Below are positions 29,101 through 44,079 of a stretch of DNA of 64,000 nt, piece after piece. The notes under the pieces are model-generated. The model searched no databases. It was not told where the DNA came from and saw nothing but the letters and a program-made list of their open reading frames with translations. The DNA is from the human T2T-CHM13v2.0 reference genome, Homo sapiens. Position numbers and translations under genes: made by a program. Positions within the stretch are counted from its first letter, which is position 1, and each line of letters starts with the position of its first letter. Location: NCBI RefSeq assembly GCF_009914755.1, contig NC_060933.1; one strand, given 5' to 3'.

Positions 29101-32100
29101 GGAATGGAAACTTCCGGAATGGAATGGAATGGAATGGAATGGAATGAAATGCAATGGATTCAACTCGATTGAAATGGAATGGAATAGAATGGAATGGAAT
29201 GGAATGAAATGGAATTAACCCGAATAGAATGGAATGGAATGGAATGGAACGGAATGGAACGGAATGGAATGGAATGGAATGGAATGGAATGGAATGGTAT
29301 GGAATGGAATGGAATGGTACGGAATAGAATGGAATGGAACGAATTGTAATGGAATGGAATTGAATGGAATGGAATGGAATGGAATGGAATCAACGCGAGT
29401 GCAGGGGAATGTAATGGAACGGAATGCAATGGAATGGAATCATCCGGAATGGAATGGAATGGAATGGAATGGAATCAACCGGATTGCAATGGAATGGAGT
29501 GGAATGGAATGGAATGGAATGGAATGGAATGGAATGGAATGGAATGCAATGAAATGGAATCAACCCGAGTACAATGGAATGGAATGGAATGGAATGGAAT
29601 GGAATGGAATGGAATGGAATGGAATGGAATGCCTTCAATACGAATGGAATGGAAAGGAATGGAATCAACACGAGTGGAATGGAATGGAATGGAAAGGAAT
29701 GGAATGGAATGGAATGGTACGGAATAGAATGGAATGGAACGAAATGGAATGGAATGGAACGAAATGGAGTGGAATGGAATGGAATGGAATGGAATGGAAT
29801 GGAATGGAATCGTTCCGAGTGGAATAGGAGGGAATGTATTCGAGAGGAATGGAAAGGAATGGAATCAACCAGAGTGGAATGGAAGGGAATGGAATGGAAT
29901 GGAAACTAATAGAATGAAATCAAACCGAGAGGAATGGAATGGAAAGGACAGGAATGGAATGGAATGGAATGGAATGGAATGGAATGGAATCAACACTATT
30001 GTAATGGAATGGAATGCAACGGAATGGAATGGAATGGAATGGAATTAACCCAAATACAATGGAATGGAATGGAATGGAACGGAATGAATTGGAATGGAAT
30101 GGAATCAACCCGAGTGCAGGGCAATGGAATGGAATGGAATGCAATGGAATGGAATCATCCGGAATGGAATGGAATGGAATGGAATGGAATGCAAAGCAAT
30201 GGAATCAACTCGATTGCAATGGAATGGAATGGAATGGAAAGGAATACATTGGAATCAACCCGAGTGGAATGGAATGGAAAGGACTGGAATGGAGTGGAAT
30301 GGAATGCAATGGAATGGAATGGAATCAACTCGATTGGAATGGAATGGAATGGAATGGAATGGAATGGAATTAACCCGAATAGAATGGAATGGAATTAAAT
30401 GGAACGGAACGGAATGGAATGGAATGGAATGGAATGGAATGGAATGGAATCAACCCGACTGCAGGGGAATGGAATGGAATGGAATGCAATGGAATGGAAA
30501 CTACCCGAATGGAATGGAATGTAACGGAGTGTAAGGGAATTGAATAGAATCAATCCGAATGTAATGGAATGGAATGGAACGGAACGGAATGAATTGGAAT
30601 GGAATGGAATGGAATGGAATGCAATGGAATGGAATCAACCCGAGTGCAATCGAATGGAATCGAATTGAATGGAATGCAATGGAATGTATTCAACTAGAAT
30701 GGAATGGAAAGAATGGAATCAACACGAGTGGGATGGCATGGATTGGAATGGAATGGAATGGAATCAACCCGAGTACAGGGGAATGGAATGGAATGGAATG
30801 CAATGGAATGCAATCATCCGTAATGGAATGGAAAGGAATGGAATGGAATGGAATGGAATGGAATGGAATGGAATGGAATGGAATCAACTCGATTGCAATC
30901 GAATGGAATGGAATGAAATTAACCCGAATAGAATGGAATGGAATGGAATGGAACGGAACGGAACGGAACGGAACGGAATGGAATGGAATGGAATGGAATG
31001 GAATGGAATGGAATGGAACGGAAAGGAATGGAATGGAATGGACTGGAATGGAATGGAATGCAATGGAATGGAATCAACGCGAGTGCAGGGGAATGGAATG
31101 GAATGGAATGAAATATAATGGAATCTTCCGGAATGGAATGGAAAGGAATATAATAAACCCGAGTGCAATGGAATGGAGTGGAATGGAATGGAATGGAATG
31201 GAACAACCCGAATGGAATGGAATGTAATGGAGAGTAAGGGAGTTGAATAGAATCAATCCGAATGTAATGGAATGGAATGGAACGGAATGGAATGGAATGG
31301 AATGGAATGGAATGCAATGGAATGGAATCAACCCGAGTGCAATCGAATGGAATCGAATGGAATGGAATGCAATGGAATGGATTCAACTTGAATGGAATGG
31401 AAAGAATGGAATCAACACGAGTGGAATGGCATGGATTGGAATGGAATGGAATGGAATCAACCCGAGTACAGGGGAATGGAATGGAATGGAATGCAATGGA
31501 AAGGAATCTTCCGTAATGGAATGGAAAGAATGGAATGGAAAGGAATGGAATGGAATGGAATGGAATCATCTCGATTGCAATCGAATGGAATGGAATGGAA
31601 TTAACCGGAATAGAATGGAATGGAATGGAATGGAATGGAACGGAACGGATTGGAATGGAATGGAATGGAATGGAATGGAACGGAACGGAACGGAATGGAA
31701 TGGAATGGAATGGAACGGAATGGAATCAACGCGAGTGCAGGGGAATGGAATGGAATGGAATGCAATGGAATGGAATCTTCCGGAATGGAATGGAATGGAA
31801 TGGAATGGAATGCAATGGAATGGAATCTTCCGGAATGGAATGGAATGGAATGGAATAGAATGGAATGGAATGGAATGGAATGGAATTAATCCGAATAGAA
31901 TGGAATGGAATGGAATGGAACGGAATGGAATGGAATGGAATGGAATGGAATGGTATGGAATGGAATGGAATGGTACGGAATAGAATGGAATGGAACGAAT
32001 TGTAATGGAATGGAATTGAATGGAATGGAATGGAATGGAATGGAATGGAATCAACGCGAGTGCAGGGAAATGTAATGGAACGGAATGCAATGGAATGGAA

Positions 32101-32269
32101 TCATCCGGAATGGAATGGAATGGAATGGAATGGATTGGAATGGAATCAACCCGAGTGCAATGGAATGTAATGGAGAGTAAGGGAGTTGAATAGAATCAAT
32201 CCGAATGTAATGGAATGGAATGCAACGGAATGGAATGGAATGGAATGGAATGGAATGGAATGGAATGGA

Positions 32270-35200
32270 ATGCAATGGAATTGAATCAACCCGTGTACAA
32301 TGGAATGGAATGGAATGGATTGGAATGGAATGGAATGGAATGGAATCGAATGGAAAGATACGGAATAGAATGGAATGGAACGAAATGGAATGGAATGGAA
32401 TGGAATGGAATGGAATGGAATGGAATCGTTCCGAGTGGAATACGAGGGAATGTATTCGAGTGGAATGGAAAGGAATGGTATCAACCAGAGTGGAATGGAA
32501 TGGAATGGAATGGAATGGAAACTAATAGAATGGAATCAACCCGAGTGGAATGGAATGGAAAGGACTGGAATGGAATGGAATGGAATGGAATCAACTCGGT
32601 TGTAATGGAATGGAATGGAATGGAATGGAATGGAATGGAATTAACCCGAATACATTGGAATGGAATGGAATGGAGCGGAATGGAGTAGAATGGAATGGAA
32701 TCAACCGAGTGCAGGGGAATGGAATGGAATGGAATGCAATGGAATGGAATCATCCGGAATGGAATGGAATGGAATGGAATGCAAAGCAATAGAATCAACT
32801 CGATTGCAATGGAATGGAATGGAATGGAAAGGAATACATTTGAATCAACCCGAGTGGAATGGAATGGAAAGGACTGGAATGGAGTGGAATGGAATGGAAT
32901 GGAATGGAATGGAATCAACTCGATTGGAATGGAATGGAATGGAATGGAATGGAATTAACCCGAATAGAATGGAATGGAATGGAATGGAACGGAACGGAAC
33001 GGAATGGAATGGATTGGAATGGAATGGAATGGAATGGAATGGAACGGAAAGGAATGGAATGGAATGGAATGGAATGGAATCAACGCGAGTGCAGGGGAAT
33101 GGAATGGAATGGAATGCAATGGAATGGAATCTTCCGGAATGGATTGGAATGGAATGGAATGGAATGGAATGGAATGGAATCAACCCGAGTGCAATGGAAT
33201 GGAGTGGAATGGAATGGAATGGAATGGAACAACCCGAATGGAATGGAATGTAATGGAGAGTAAGGGAGTTGAATAGAATCAATCCGAATGTAATGGAATG
33301 GAATGGAACGGAATGGAATTGAATGGAATGGAATGGAATGCAATGGATTGGAATCAACCCGAGTGCAATGGAATGGAGAGGAATGGAATGGAATGGAATG
33401 GAAACTACGCGAATGGAATGGAATGTAATGGAGTGTAAGGGAATTGAATAGAATAAATCCGAATGTAAAGGAATGGAATGGAACGGAATGGAATGGAATG
33501 GAATGGAATGGAATGCAATGGAATGGAATCAACCCGAGTGCAATCGAATGGAATCGAATTGAATGGAATGCAATGGAATGGATTCAACTTGAATGGAATG
33601 GAAAGAATGGAATCAACACGAGTGGAATGGCATGGATTGGAATGGAATGGAATGGAATCAACCTGAGTACAGGGGAGTGGAATGGAATGGAATGCAATGG
33701 AATGGAATCATCCGTAATGGAATGGAAAGGAATGGAATGGAATGGAATGGAATGGAATGGAATGGAATGGAATCAACTCGATTGCAATCGAATGGAATGG
33801 AATGGAATTAACCCGAATAGAATGGAATGGAATGGAATGGAACGGAACGGAATGGAATGGAATGGAATGGAATGGAACGGAATGGAATGGAATGGAATGG
33901 AATGGAATCAACGCGAGTGCAGGGGAATGGAATGGAATGGAATGCAATGGAATGGAATCTTCCGGAATGGAATGGAATGGAATGGAATGGAATGAAATGC
34001 ACTGGATTCAACTCGATTGCAATGGAATGGAATAGAATGGAATGGAATGGAATGGAATGGAATTAATCCGAATAGAATGGAATGGAATGGAATGGAACGG
34101 AATGGAACGGAATGGAATGGAATGGAATGGAATGGAATGGAATGGTATGGAATGGAATGGAATGGTACGGAATATAATGGAATGGAACGAATTGTAATGG
34201 AATGGAATTGAATGGAATGGAATGGAATGGAATGGAATCAACGCGAGTGCAGGGGAATGTAATGGAACGGAATGCAATGGAATGGAATCATCCGGAATGG
34301 AATGGAATAGAATGGAATGGAATGGAATGGAATGGAATGGAATCAACCCGAGTGCAATGGAATGGAGTGGAATGGAATGGAATGGAACAACCCCAATGGA
34401 ATGGAATGTAATGGAGAGTAAGGGAGTTGAATAGAATCAATCCGAATGTAATGGAATGGAATGCAACGGAATGGAATGGAATGGAATGCAATGGAATGCA
34501 ATGGAATGGAATCAACCCGAGTACAATGGAATGGAATGGAATGGAATGGAATGGAATGGAATCGAATAGAATGGAATGGAATGGAATGATACGGAATAGA
34601 ATGGAATGGAACGAAATGGAATGGAATGGAATGGAATGGAATGGAATGGAATGGAATGGAATGGAATCGTTCCGAGTGGAATAGGAGGGAATGTATTCGA
34701 GTGGAATGGAAAGGAATGGAATCAGCCAGAGTGGAATGGAAGGGAATGGAATGGAATGGAATGGAATGCAATAGAATGGAATCAACCCGAGTGCAATCGA
34801 ATGGAATCAAATGGAATGGAATGCAACGGAATGGATTCAACTTGAATGGAAAGGAAAGAATGGAATCAACACGAGTGGAATGGCATGGATTGGAATGGAA
34901 TGGAATGGAATCAACCCGAGTACAGGGGAATGGAATGGAATGGAATGCAATGGAATGGAATCATCAGTAATGGAATGGAAAGGAATGGAAAGGACTGGAA
35001 TGGAATGGAATGGAATGGAATGGAATCAACTCGATTGCAATCGAATGGAATGGAATGGAATTAACCCGAATAGAATGGAATGGAATGGAATGTAACGGAA
35101 CGGAATGGAATGGAATGGAACGGAAAGGAATGGAATGGAATGGAATGGAACGGAATGGAATGGAATGGATTCAACGCGAGTGCAGGGGAATGGAATGGAA

Positions 35201-38200
35201 TCGAATGGAATGGAAAGGAATGGAATGGAATCAACCCGAGTGCAATGGAATGGAGTGGAATGGAAAGGAATGGAATGGAACAACCCGAATGGAATGGAAT
35301 GTAATGGAGAGTAAGGGAGTTGAAAAGAATCAATCCGAATGTAATGGAATGGAATGGAACGTAATGGAATGGAATGGAATGGAATAGAATGCAATGGAAA
35401 GGAATCAACCCGAGTACAATGGAATGGAATGGAATGGAATGGAATGGAATGGAATGGAATGGAATGGAATGGAATGCAATGGAATGGAATCTTCCGGAAT
35501 TGAATGGAATGGAATGGAATAGAATGGAATGGAATTAAAACGAATAGAATGGAAAGGAATGGAATGGAACGGAACAGAACGGAACGGAACGGAACTGAGT
35601 GGAATTGAATGGAATGGAATTGTATGGAATGGAATGGAATGGTACGGAATAGAATGGAATGGAAAGAATTGGAATGGAATGGAATCGAACGGAATGGAAG
35701 GGAATGGAATGGAATGGAATGGAATCAACCCGAGCGCAATGGAATGGAGTGGAATGGAATGGAATGGAATGGAACAACCCGAATGGAATGGAATGTAATG
35801 GAGAGTAAGGGAGTTGAATAGAATCAATCCGAATGTAATGGAATGGAACGGAATGGAATGGAATGGAATGGAATGGAATGGAATGGAATGGAATGGAATG
35901 CAATGGAATGGAATCAACCCGAGTACAATGGAACGGAATGGAATGCAATGTAATGTAATGGAATGGAATGGAATGGAATGGAATGGAATCAACCCGAGTG
36001 CAATGGAATGGAGAGGAATGGAATGGAATGGAATGGAAACTACCTGAATGGAATGGAATGTAATGGAGTGCAAGGGAATTGAATAGAATCAATCCGAATG
36101 GAATGGAATGGAATGGAATGGAATCAACCCGAGTGCAGGGGAATGGAATGGAATGGAATGCAATGGAATGGAATCATCCGGAATGGAATGGAATGGAATG
36201 CAATGGAATGGAATGGAATGGAATCAACCCGAGTGCAATGGAATGGAGTGAAATGGAATGGAATGCAATGGAGACAACCAGAATGGATTGGAATATAATG
36301 GAGTGTAAGGGAATTGAATAGAATAAATCTGAATGTAATGAAATGGAATGGAACGGAATGGAATGGAATGGAATGGAATGGAATGGAATGCAATGGAATT
36401 GAATCAACCCGAGTACAATGGAATGGAATGGAATGGAATGCAATGGAATGGAATCGAATGGAAAGATACGGAATAGAATGGAATGGAACGAAATGGAATG
36501 GAATGGAATGGAATGGAATGGAATGGAATCGTTCCGAGTGGAATACGAGGGAATGTATTCGAGTGGAATGGAAAGGAATGGTATCAACCAGAGTGGAATG
36601 GAAGGGAATGGAATGGAATGGAAACTAATAGAATGGAATCAACCCGAGTAGAATGGAATGGAAAGGACTGGAATGGAATGGAATGGAATGGAATCAACTC
36701 GGTTGTAATGGAATGGAATGGAATGGAATGGAATGGAATTAACCCGAATACATTGGAATGGAATGGAATGGAACGGAATGGAGTGGAATGGAATGGAATC
36801 AACCGAGTGCAGGGGAATGGAATGGAATGGAATGCAATGGAATGGAATCATCCGGAATGGAATGGAATGGAATGGAATGCAAAGCAATACAATCAACTCG
36901 ATTGCAATGGAATGGAATGGAATGGAAAGGAATACATTGGAATCAACCCGAGTGGAATGGAATGGAAAGGACTGGAATGGAGTGGAATGGAATGGAATGG
37001 AATCAACTCGATTGGAATGGAATGGAATGGAATGGAATGGAATTAACCCGAATAGAATGGAATGGAATGGAATGGAACGGAACGGAACGGAATGAAATGG
37101 ATTGGAATGGAATGGAATGGAATGGAATGGAACGGAAAGGAATGGAATGGAATGGAATGGAATGGAATGGAATCAACGCGAGTGCAGGGGAATGGAATGG
37201 AATGGAATGCAATGGAATGGAATCTTCCGGAATGGAATGGAATGGAATGGAATGGAATGGAATGGAATGGAATCAACCCGAGTGCAATGGAATGGAGTGG
37301 AATGGAATGGAATGGAATGGAACAACCCGAATGGAATGGAATGTAATGGAGAGTAAGGGAGTTGAATAGAATCAATCCGAATGTAATGGAATGGAATGGA
37401 ACGGAATGGAATTGAATGGAATGGAATGGAATGCAATGGATTGGAATCAACCCGAGTGCAATGGAATGGAGAGGAATGGAATGGAATGGAATGGAAACTA
37501 CCCGAATGGAATGGAATGTAATGGAGTGTAAGGGAATTGAATACAATCAATCCGAATGTAAAGGAATGGAATGGAACGGAATGGAATGGAATGGAATGCA
37601 ATGGAATGGAATCAACCCGAGTGCAATCGAATGGAATCGAATTGAATGGAATGCAATGGAATGGATTCAACTTGAATGGAATGGAAAGAATGGAATCAAC
37701 ACGAGTGGAATGGCATGGATTGGAATGGAATGGAATGGAATCAACCTGAGTACAGGGGAGTGGAATGGAATGGAATGCAATGGAATGCAATCATCTGTAA
37801 TGGAATGGAAAGGAATGGAATGGAATGGAATGGAATGGAATGGAATGGAATCAACTCGATTGCAATCGAATGGAATGGAATGGAATTAACCCGAATAGAA
37901 TGGAATGGAATGGAATGGAACGGAATGGAATGGAATGGAATGGAATGGAATGGAACGGAATGGAATGGAATGGAATGGAATGGAATCAACGCGAGTGCAG
38001 GGCAATGGAATGGAATGGAATGCAATGGAATGGAATCTTCCGGAATGGAATGGAATGGAATGGAATGGAATGAAATGCACTGGATTCAACTCGATTGCAA
38101 TGGAATGGAATAGAATGGAATGGAATGGAATGGAATGGAATTAATCCGAATAGAATGGAATGGAATGGAATGGAACGGAATGGAACGGAATGGAATGGAA

Positions 38201-39310
38201 TGGAATGGAATGGAACGGTATGGAATGGAATGGAATGGTACGGAATAGAATGGAATGGAACGAATTGTAATGGAATGGAATTGAATGGAATGGAATGGAA
38301 TGGAATGGAATCAACGCGAGTGCAGGGGAATGTAATGGAACGGAATGCAATGGAATGGAATCATCCGGAATGGAATGGAATAGAATGGAATGGAATGGAA
38401 TGGAATGGAATGGAATCAACCCGAGTGCAATTGAATGGAGTGGAATGGAATGGAATGGAACAACCCCAATGGAATGGAATGGAATGGAGAGTAAGGGAGT
38501 TGAATAGAATCAATCCGAATGTAATGGAATGGAATGCAACGGAACGGAATGGAATGGAATGCAATGGAATGCAATGGAATGGAATCAACCCGAGTACAAT
38601 GGAATGGAATGGAATGGAATGGAATGGAATGGAATAGAATGGAATGGAATGGAATGATACGGAATAGAATGGAATGGAACGAAATGGAATGTAATGGAAT
38701 GGAATGGAATGGAATGGAATGGAATCTTTCCGAGTGGAATAGGAGGGAATGTATTCGAGTGGAATGGAAAGGAATGGAATCAACCAGAGTGGAATGGAAG
38801 GGAATGGAATGGAATGGAATGCAATGCAATAGAATGGAATCAACCCGAGTGCAATCGAATGGAATCAAATGGAATGGAATGCAATGGAATGGATTCAACT
38901 TGAATGGAAAGGAAAGAATGGAATCAACACGAGTGGAATGGCATGGATTGGAATGGAATGGAATGGAATCAACCCGAGTACAGGGGAATGGAATGGAATG
39001 GAATGCAATGGAATGGAATCATCAGTAATGGAATGGAAAGGAATGGAAAGGACTGGAATGGAATGGAATGGAATGGAATGGAATGGAATCAACTCGATTG
39101 CAATCGAATGTAATGGAATGGAATTAACCCGAATAGAATGGAATGGAATGGAATGGAACGGAACGGAATGGAATGGAATGGAACGGAAAGGAATGGAATG
39201 GAATGGAATGGAACGGAATGGAATGGAATGGATTCAACGCGAGTGCAGGGGAATGGAATGGAATCGAATGGAATGGAAAGGAATGGAATGGAATCAACCC
39301 GAGTGCAGGG
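32270..39310 (+). repeat. Older tandem duplication, period about 4.06-4.12 kb (32270-~35240 vs 36390-~39310)
   Basis: Shared rare variants: GAAAGATACGG, TACGAGGG, CAACTCGGTTG, TCAACCGAGT (1-bp deletion), CAACCTGAGTACAGGGGAGT, GCACTGGATTC, CAACCCCAAT. ORF offsets are 4103, 4083, 4078 and 4058. Confidence 0.87.
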
Positions 39311-42300
39311 GAACGTAATGGAACTGAATGCAATGGAATGGAATCATCCGGAATGGAATGGAATGGAATGGAATGGAATGGAATCAACTCGATTGCAATC
39401 GAATGGAATGGAATGGAATTAACCCGAATAGAATGGAATGGAATGGAATGGAACGGAACGGAATGGAATGGAATGGAATGGAATGGAATGGAACGGAAAG
39501 GAAGGGAATGGAATGGAATAGAATGGAATGGAATGGAATCAACGCGAGTGCAGGGGAATGGAATGGAATGGAATGCAATGGAATGGAATCTTCCGGAATG
39601 GAATGGAATGGAATGGAATGGAATCAACCCGAGTGCAATGGAATGGAGTGGAATGGAATGGAATGGAATGGAACAACCCGAATTGAATGGAATATAATGG
39701 AGAGTAAGGGAGTTGAATAGAATCAATTCGAATGTAATGGAATGGAATGGAACGGAATGGATTTGAATGGAATGGAATGGAATGCAATGGAATGGAATCA
39801 ACCCGAGTGCAATGGAATGGAGAGGAATGGAATGGAATAGAATGGAAACTACCCGAATGGAATGGAATGTAATGGAGTGTAAAGGAATTGAATAGAATCA
39901 ATCCGAATGTAATGGAATGGAATGGAACGGAATGGAATGGAATGGAATGGAATGCAATGGAATGGAATCAACCCGAGTGCAATCGAATGGAATCGAATGG
40001 AATGGAATGCAATGGAATGGATTCAACTTGAATGGAATGGAAAGAATGGAATCAACACGAGTGGAATGGCATGGATTCGAATGGAATGGAATGGAATCAA
40101 CCCGAGTACAGGGGAATGGAATGGAATGGAATGCAATGGAATGGAATCATCCGTAATGGAATGGAAAGGAATGGAATGGAATGGAATGGAATGGAATGGA
40201 ATGGAATGGAATGGAATCAGCTCGATTGCAATCGAATGGAATGGAATGGAATTAACCCGAATAGAATGGAATGGAATGGAATGGAATGGAACGGAATGGA
40301 ATGGAATGGAATGCAATGGAACGGAACGGAATGGAATGGAATGGAATGGAATGGAATGGAATCAGCGCGAGTGCAGGGGAATGGAATGGAATGGAATGCA
40401 ATGGAATGGAATCTTCCGGAATGGAATGGAATGGAATGGAATGGAATGAAATGCAATGGATTCAACTCGATTGCAATGGAATGGAATAGAATGGAATGGA
40501 ATGGAATGGAAAGGAATTAATTCGAATAGAATGGAATGGAATGGAATGGAACGGAATGGAACGGAATGGAATGGAATGGAATGGAATGGTATGGAATGGA
40601 ATGGAATGGTACGGAATAGAATGGAATGGAACGAATTGTAATGGAATGGAATTGAATTGAATTGAATGGAATCAACGCGAGTGCAGGGGAATGTAATGGA
40701 ACGGAATGCAATGGAATGGAATCATCCGGAATGGAATGGAATGGAATGGAATGGAATGGAATCAACCCGAGTGCAATGGAATGGAGTGGAATGGAATGGA
40801 ATGGAACAACCCGAATGGAATGGAATGTAATGGAGAGTAAGGGAGTTGAATAGAATCAATCCGAATGTAATGGAATGGAATGCAACGGAATGGAATGGAA
40901 TGGAATGGAATTAACCCGAATACAATGGAATGGAATGGAATGGAATGGAATGGAGTGGAATGGAATGGAATCAACCCGAGTGGAGGGGAATGGAATGGAA
41001 TGGAATGCAATGGAATGGAATCATCCGGAATGGAATGGAATGGAATGGAATGGAATGCAAAGCAATGGAATCAACTCGATTGCAATGGAATGCAATGGAA
41101 TTTAAAGGAATACATTGGAATCAACCCGAGTGGAATGGAATGGAAAGGACTGGAATGGAGTGGAATGGAATGGAATGGAATGGAATGGAATCAACTCGAT
41201 TGGAATGGAATGGAATGGAATTAACCCGAATAGAATGGAATGGAATGGAATGGAACGGAACGGAACGGAATGGAATGGAATGGAATGGAATGGAATGGAA
41301 TGGAATCAACCCGACTGCAGGGGAATGGAATGGAATGGAATGCAATGGAATGGATTCATCTTGAATGGAATGGAAAGAATGGAATCAACACGAGTGGAAT
41401 GGCATGGATTGGAATGGAATGGAATGGAATCAACCCGAGTACAGGGGAATGGAATGGAATGGAATGCAATGGAATGGAATCATCCGTAATGGAATGGAAA
41501 GGAATGGAAAGGAATGGAATGGAATGGAATGGAATGGAATGGAATGGAATCAACTCGATTGCAATCGAATGGAATGGAATGGAATTAACCCGAATAGAAT
41601 GGAATGGAGTGGAATGGAATGGAACGGAATGGAATGGAATGGAATGGAATGGAATGGAATGGAATGGAACGGAAAGGAATGGAATGGAATGGAATGGAAT
41701 GGAATGGAATGGAATCAACGCGAGTGCAGGGGAATGGAATGGAATGGAATGCAATGGAATGGAATCTTCCGGAATGGAATGGAATGGAATGGAATGGAAT
41801 GGAATGGAATGGAATAAACCCGAGTGCAATGGAATGGAGTGGAATGGAATGGAATGGAATGGAACAACCCGAACGGAATGGAATGTAATGGAGAGGAAGG
41901 GAGTTGAATAGAATCAATCCGAATGTAATGGAATGGAATGGAACGGAACGGAATTGAATGGAATGGAATGGAATGCAATGGAATGGAATCAACCCGAGTG
42001 CAATGAAATGGAGAGGAATGGAATGGAATGGAATGGAAACTACCCGAATGGAATGGAATGTAATGGAGTGTAAGGGAATTGAATAGAATCAATCCGAATG
42101 TAATGTAATGGAATGGAATGGAATGGAATGGAATGGAATGGAATGCAATGGAATGGAATCAACCCGAGTGCAATCGAATGGAATCGAATGGAATGGAATG
42201 CAATGGAATGGATTCAACTTGAATGGAATGGAAAGAATGGAATCAACACGAGTGGAAGGGCATGGATTGGAATGCAATGGAATGGAATCAACCCGAGTAC

Positions 42301-44079
42301 AGGGGAATGGAATGGAATGGAATGCAATGGAATGGAATCATCCGTAATGGAATGGAAAGGAATGGAATGGAATGTAATGGAATGGAATGGAATGGAATGG
42401 AATCAACACGATTGCAATCGAATGGAATGGAATGGAATTAACCCGAACAGAATGGAATGGAATGGAATGGAACGGAACGGAATGAAATGGAATGGAATGG
42501 AATGGAATGGAACGGAACGGAATGGAATGGAATGGAATGGAATGGAATCAAAGCGAGTGCAGGGGTATGGAATGGAATGGAATGTAATGGAATGGAATCT
42601 TCCGGAATGGAATGTAATGGAATGGAATGGAATGAAAGGCAATGGATTCAACTCGATTGCAATGGAATGGAATAGAATGGAATGGAATGGAATGGAATGG
42701 AATGCAATTGAATGGAATGGAATGCCTTCAAACCGAATGGAATGGAAAGGAATGGAATCAACACGAGTGGAAAAGAATGGAATGGAAAGGACTGGAATGG
42801 AATGGAATGGAATGGAATGGAATGGAATGGAATCAACTCGATTGTAATGGAATAGAATGGAATGGAATGGAATGGAATGGAATTAACACGAATAAAATTG
42901 AATGGAATGGAATGGAACGGAATGGAGTGGAATGGAATGGAATCAACCCGAGTGCAGGGGAATGGAATGGAATGGAATGCAATGGAATGGAATCATCCGG
43001 AATGGAATGGAATGGAATGGAATGCAAAGCAGTGGAATCAACTCGATTGCAATGGAATGGAATGGAATTGAAAGGAATAGAATGGAATCAACCCGAGTGT
43101 AATGGAATGGAAAGGACTGGAATGGAGTGGAATGGAATGGAATGGAATGGAATGGAATCAACTCGATTGGAATGGAATGGAATGGAATGGAATGGAATGG
43201 AATGTAATTAACCCGAATAGAATGGAATGGAATGGAATGGAACGGAATGGAATGGAATGGAATGGAATGGAATGGAATGGAATCAACCCGACTGCAGGGG
43301 AATGGAATGGAATGGAATGGAATGGAATGGAATCATCCGCAACGGAGTGGAATGGAATGGAATGGAATCAACTCGATTGCAATGGAATGGAATGGAATGG
43401 AATGGAATGGAATGGAATGGAATGGAATGGAATTGAATGGAATGGAATTCACCCGAATAGAATGGAATGGAATGGAATGGAAAGGAATGGAAGGGAAGGA
43501 AATGGAATGTAATCAACCCGAGTGCAGGGGAATGGAATGGAACGGAATGCAATGGAATGGAATCATCCGGAATGGAATGGAATGGAATGGAATGGAATGG
43601 AATGGAATGGTATCAACCCGAGTGCAGGGGAATGTAATGGAACGGAATGCAATGGAATGGTATCATCCGGAATGGAATGGAATGGAATGGAATGGAATGG
43701 AATGGAATCAACCCGAGTGCAATGGAATGGAGTGGAATGGAATGGAATGGAATGGAACAACCCGAATGGAATGGAATGTAATGGAGAGTAAGGGAGTTGA
43801 ATAGAATCAATCCGAATGTAATGGAATGGAATGCAACGGAATGGAATGGAATGGAATGCAATGGAATGGAATGGAATGGAATGCAAAGGAATGGAATCAA
43901 CCCGAGTGGAATGGAATGGAATGGATTGCAATGGATTGGAATGGAATGGAATCAACTCGAGTGGAAAGGAATGGAATGGAATGGAAAGGAATGGAATGAA
44001 GTCAACTCGAGTGGAATGGAATGGAATGGAATGGATTGGAATGGATTGCAATGGAATGAAATGGAATGGAATGGAATGG

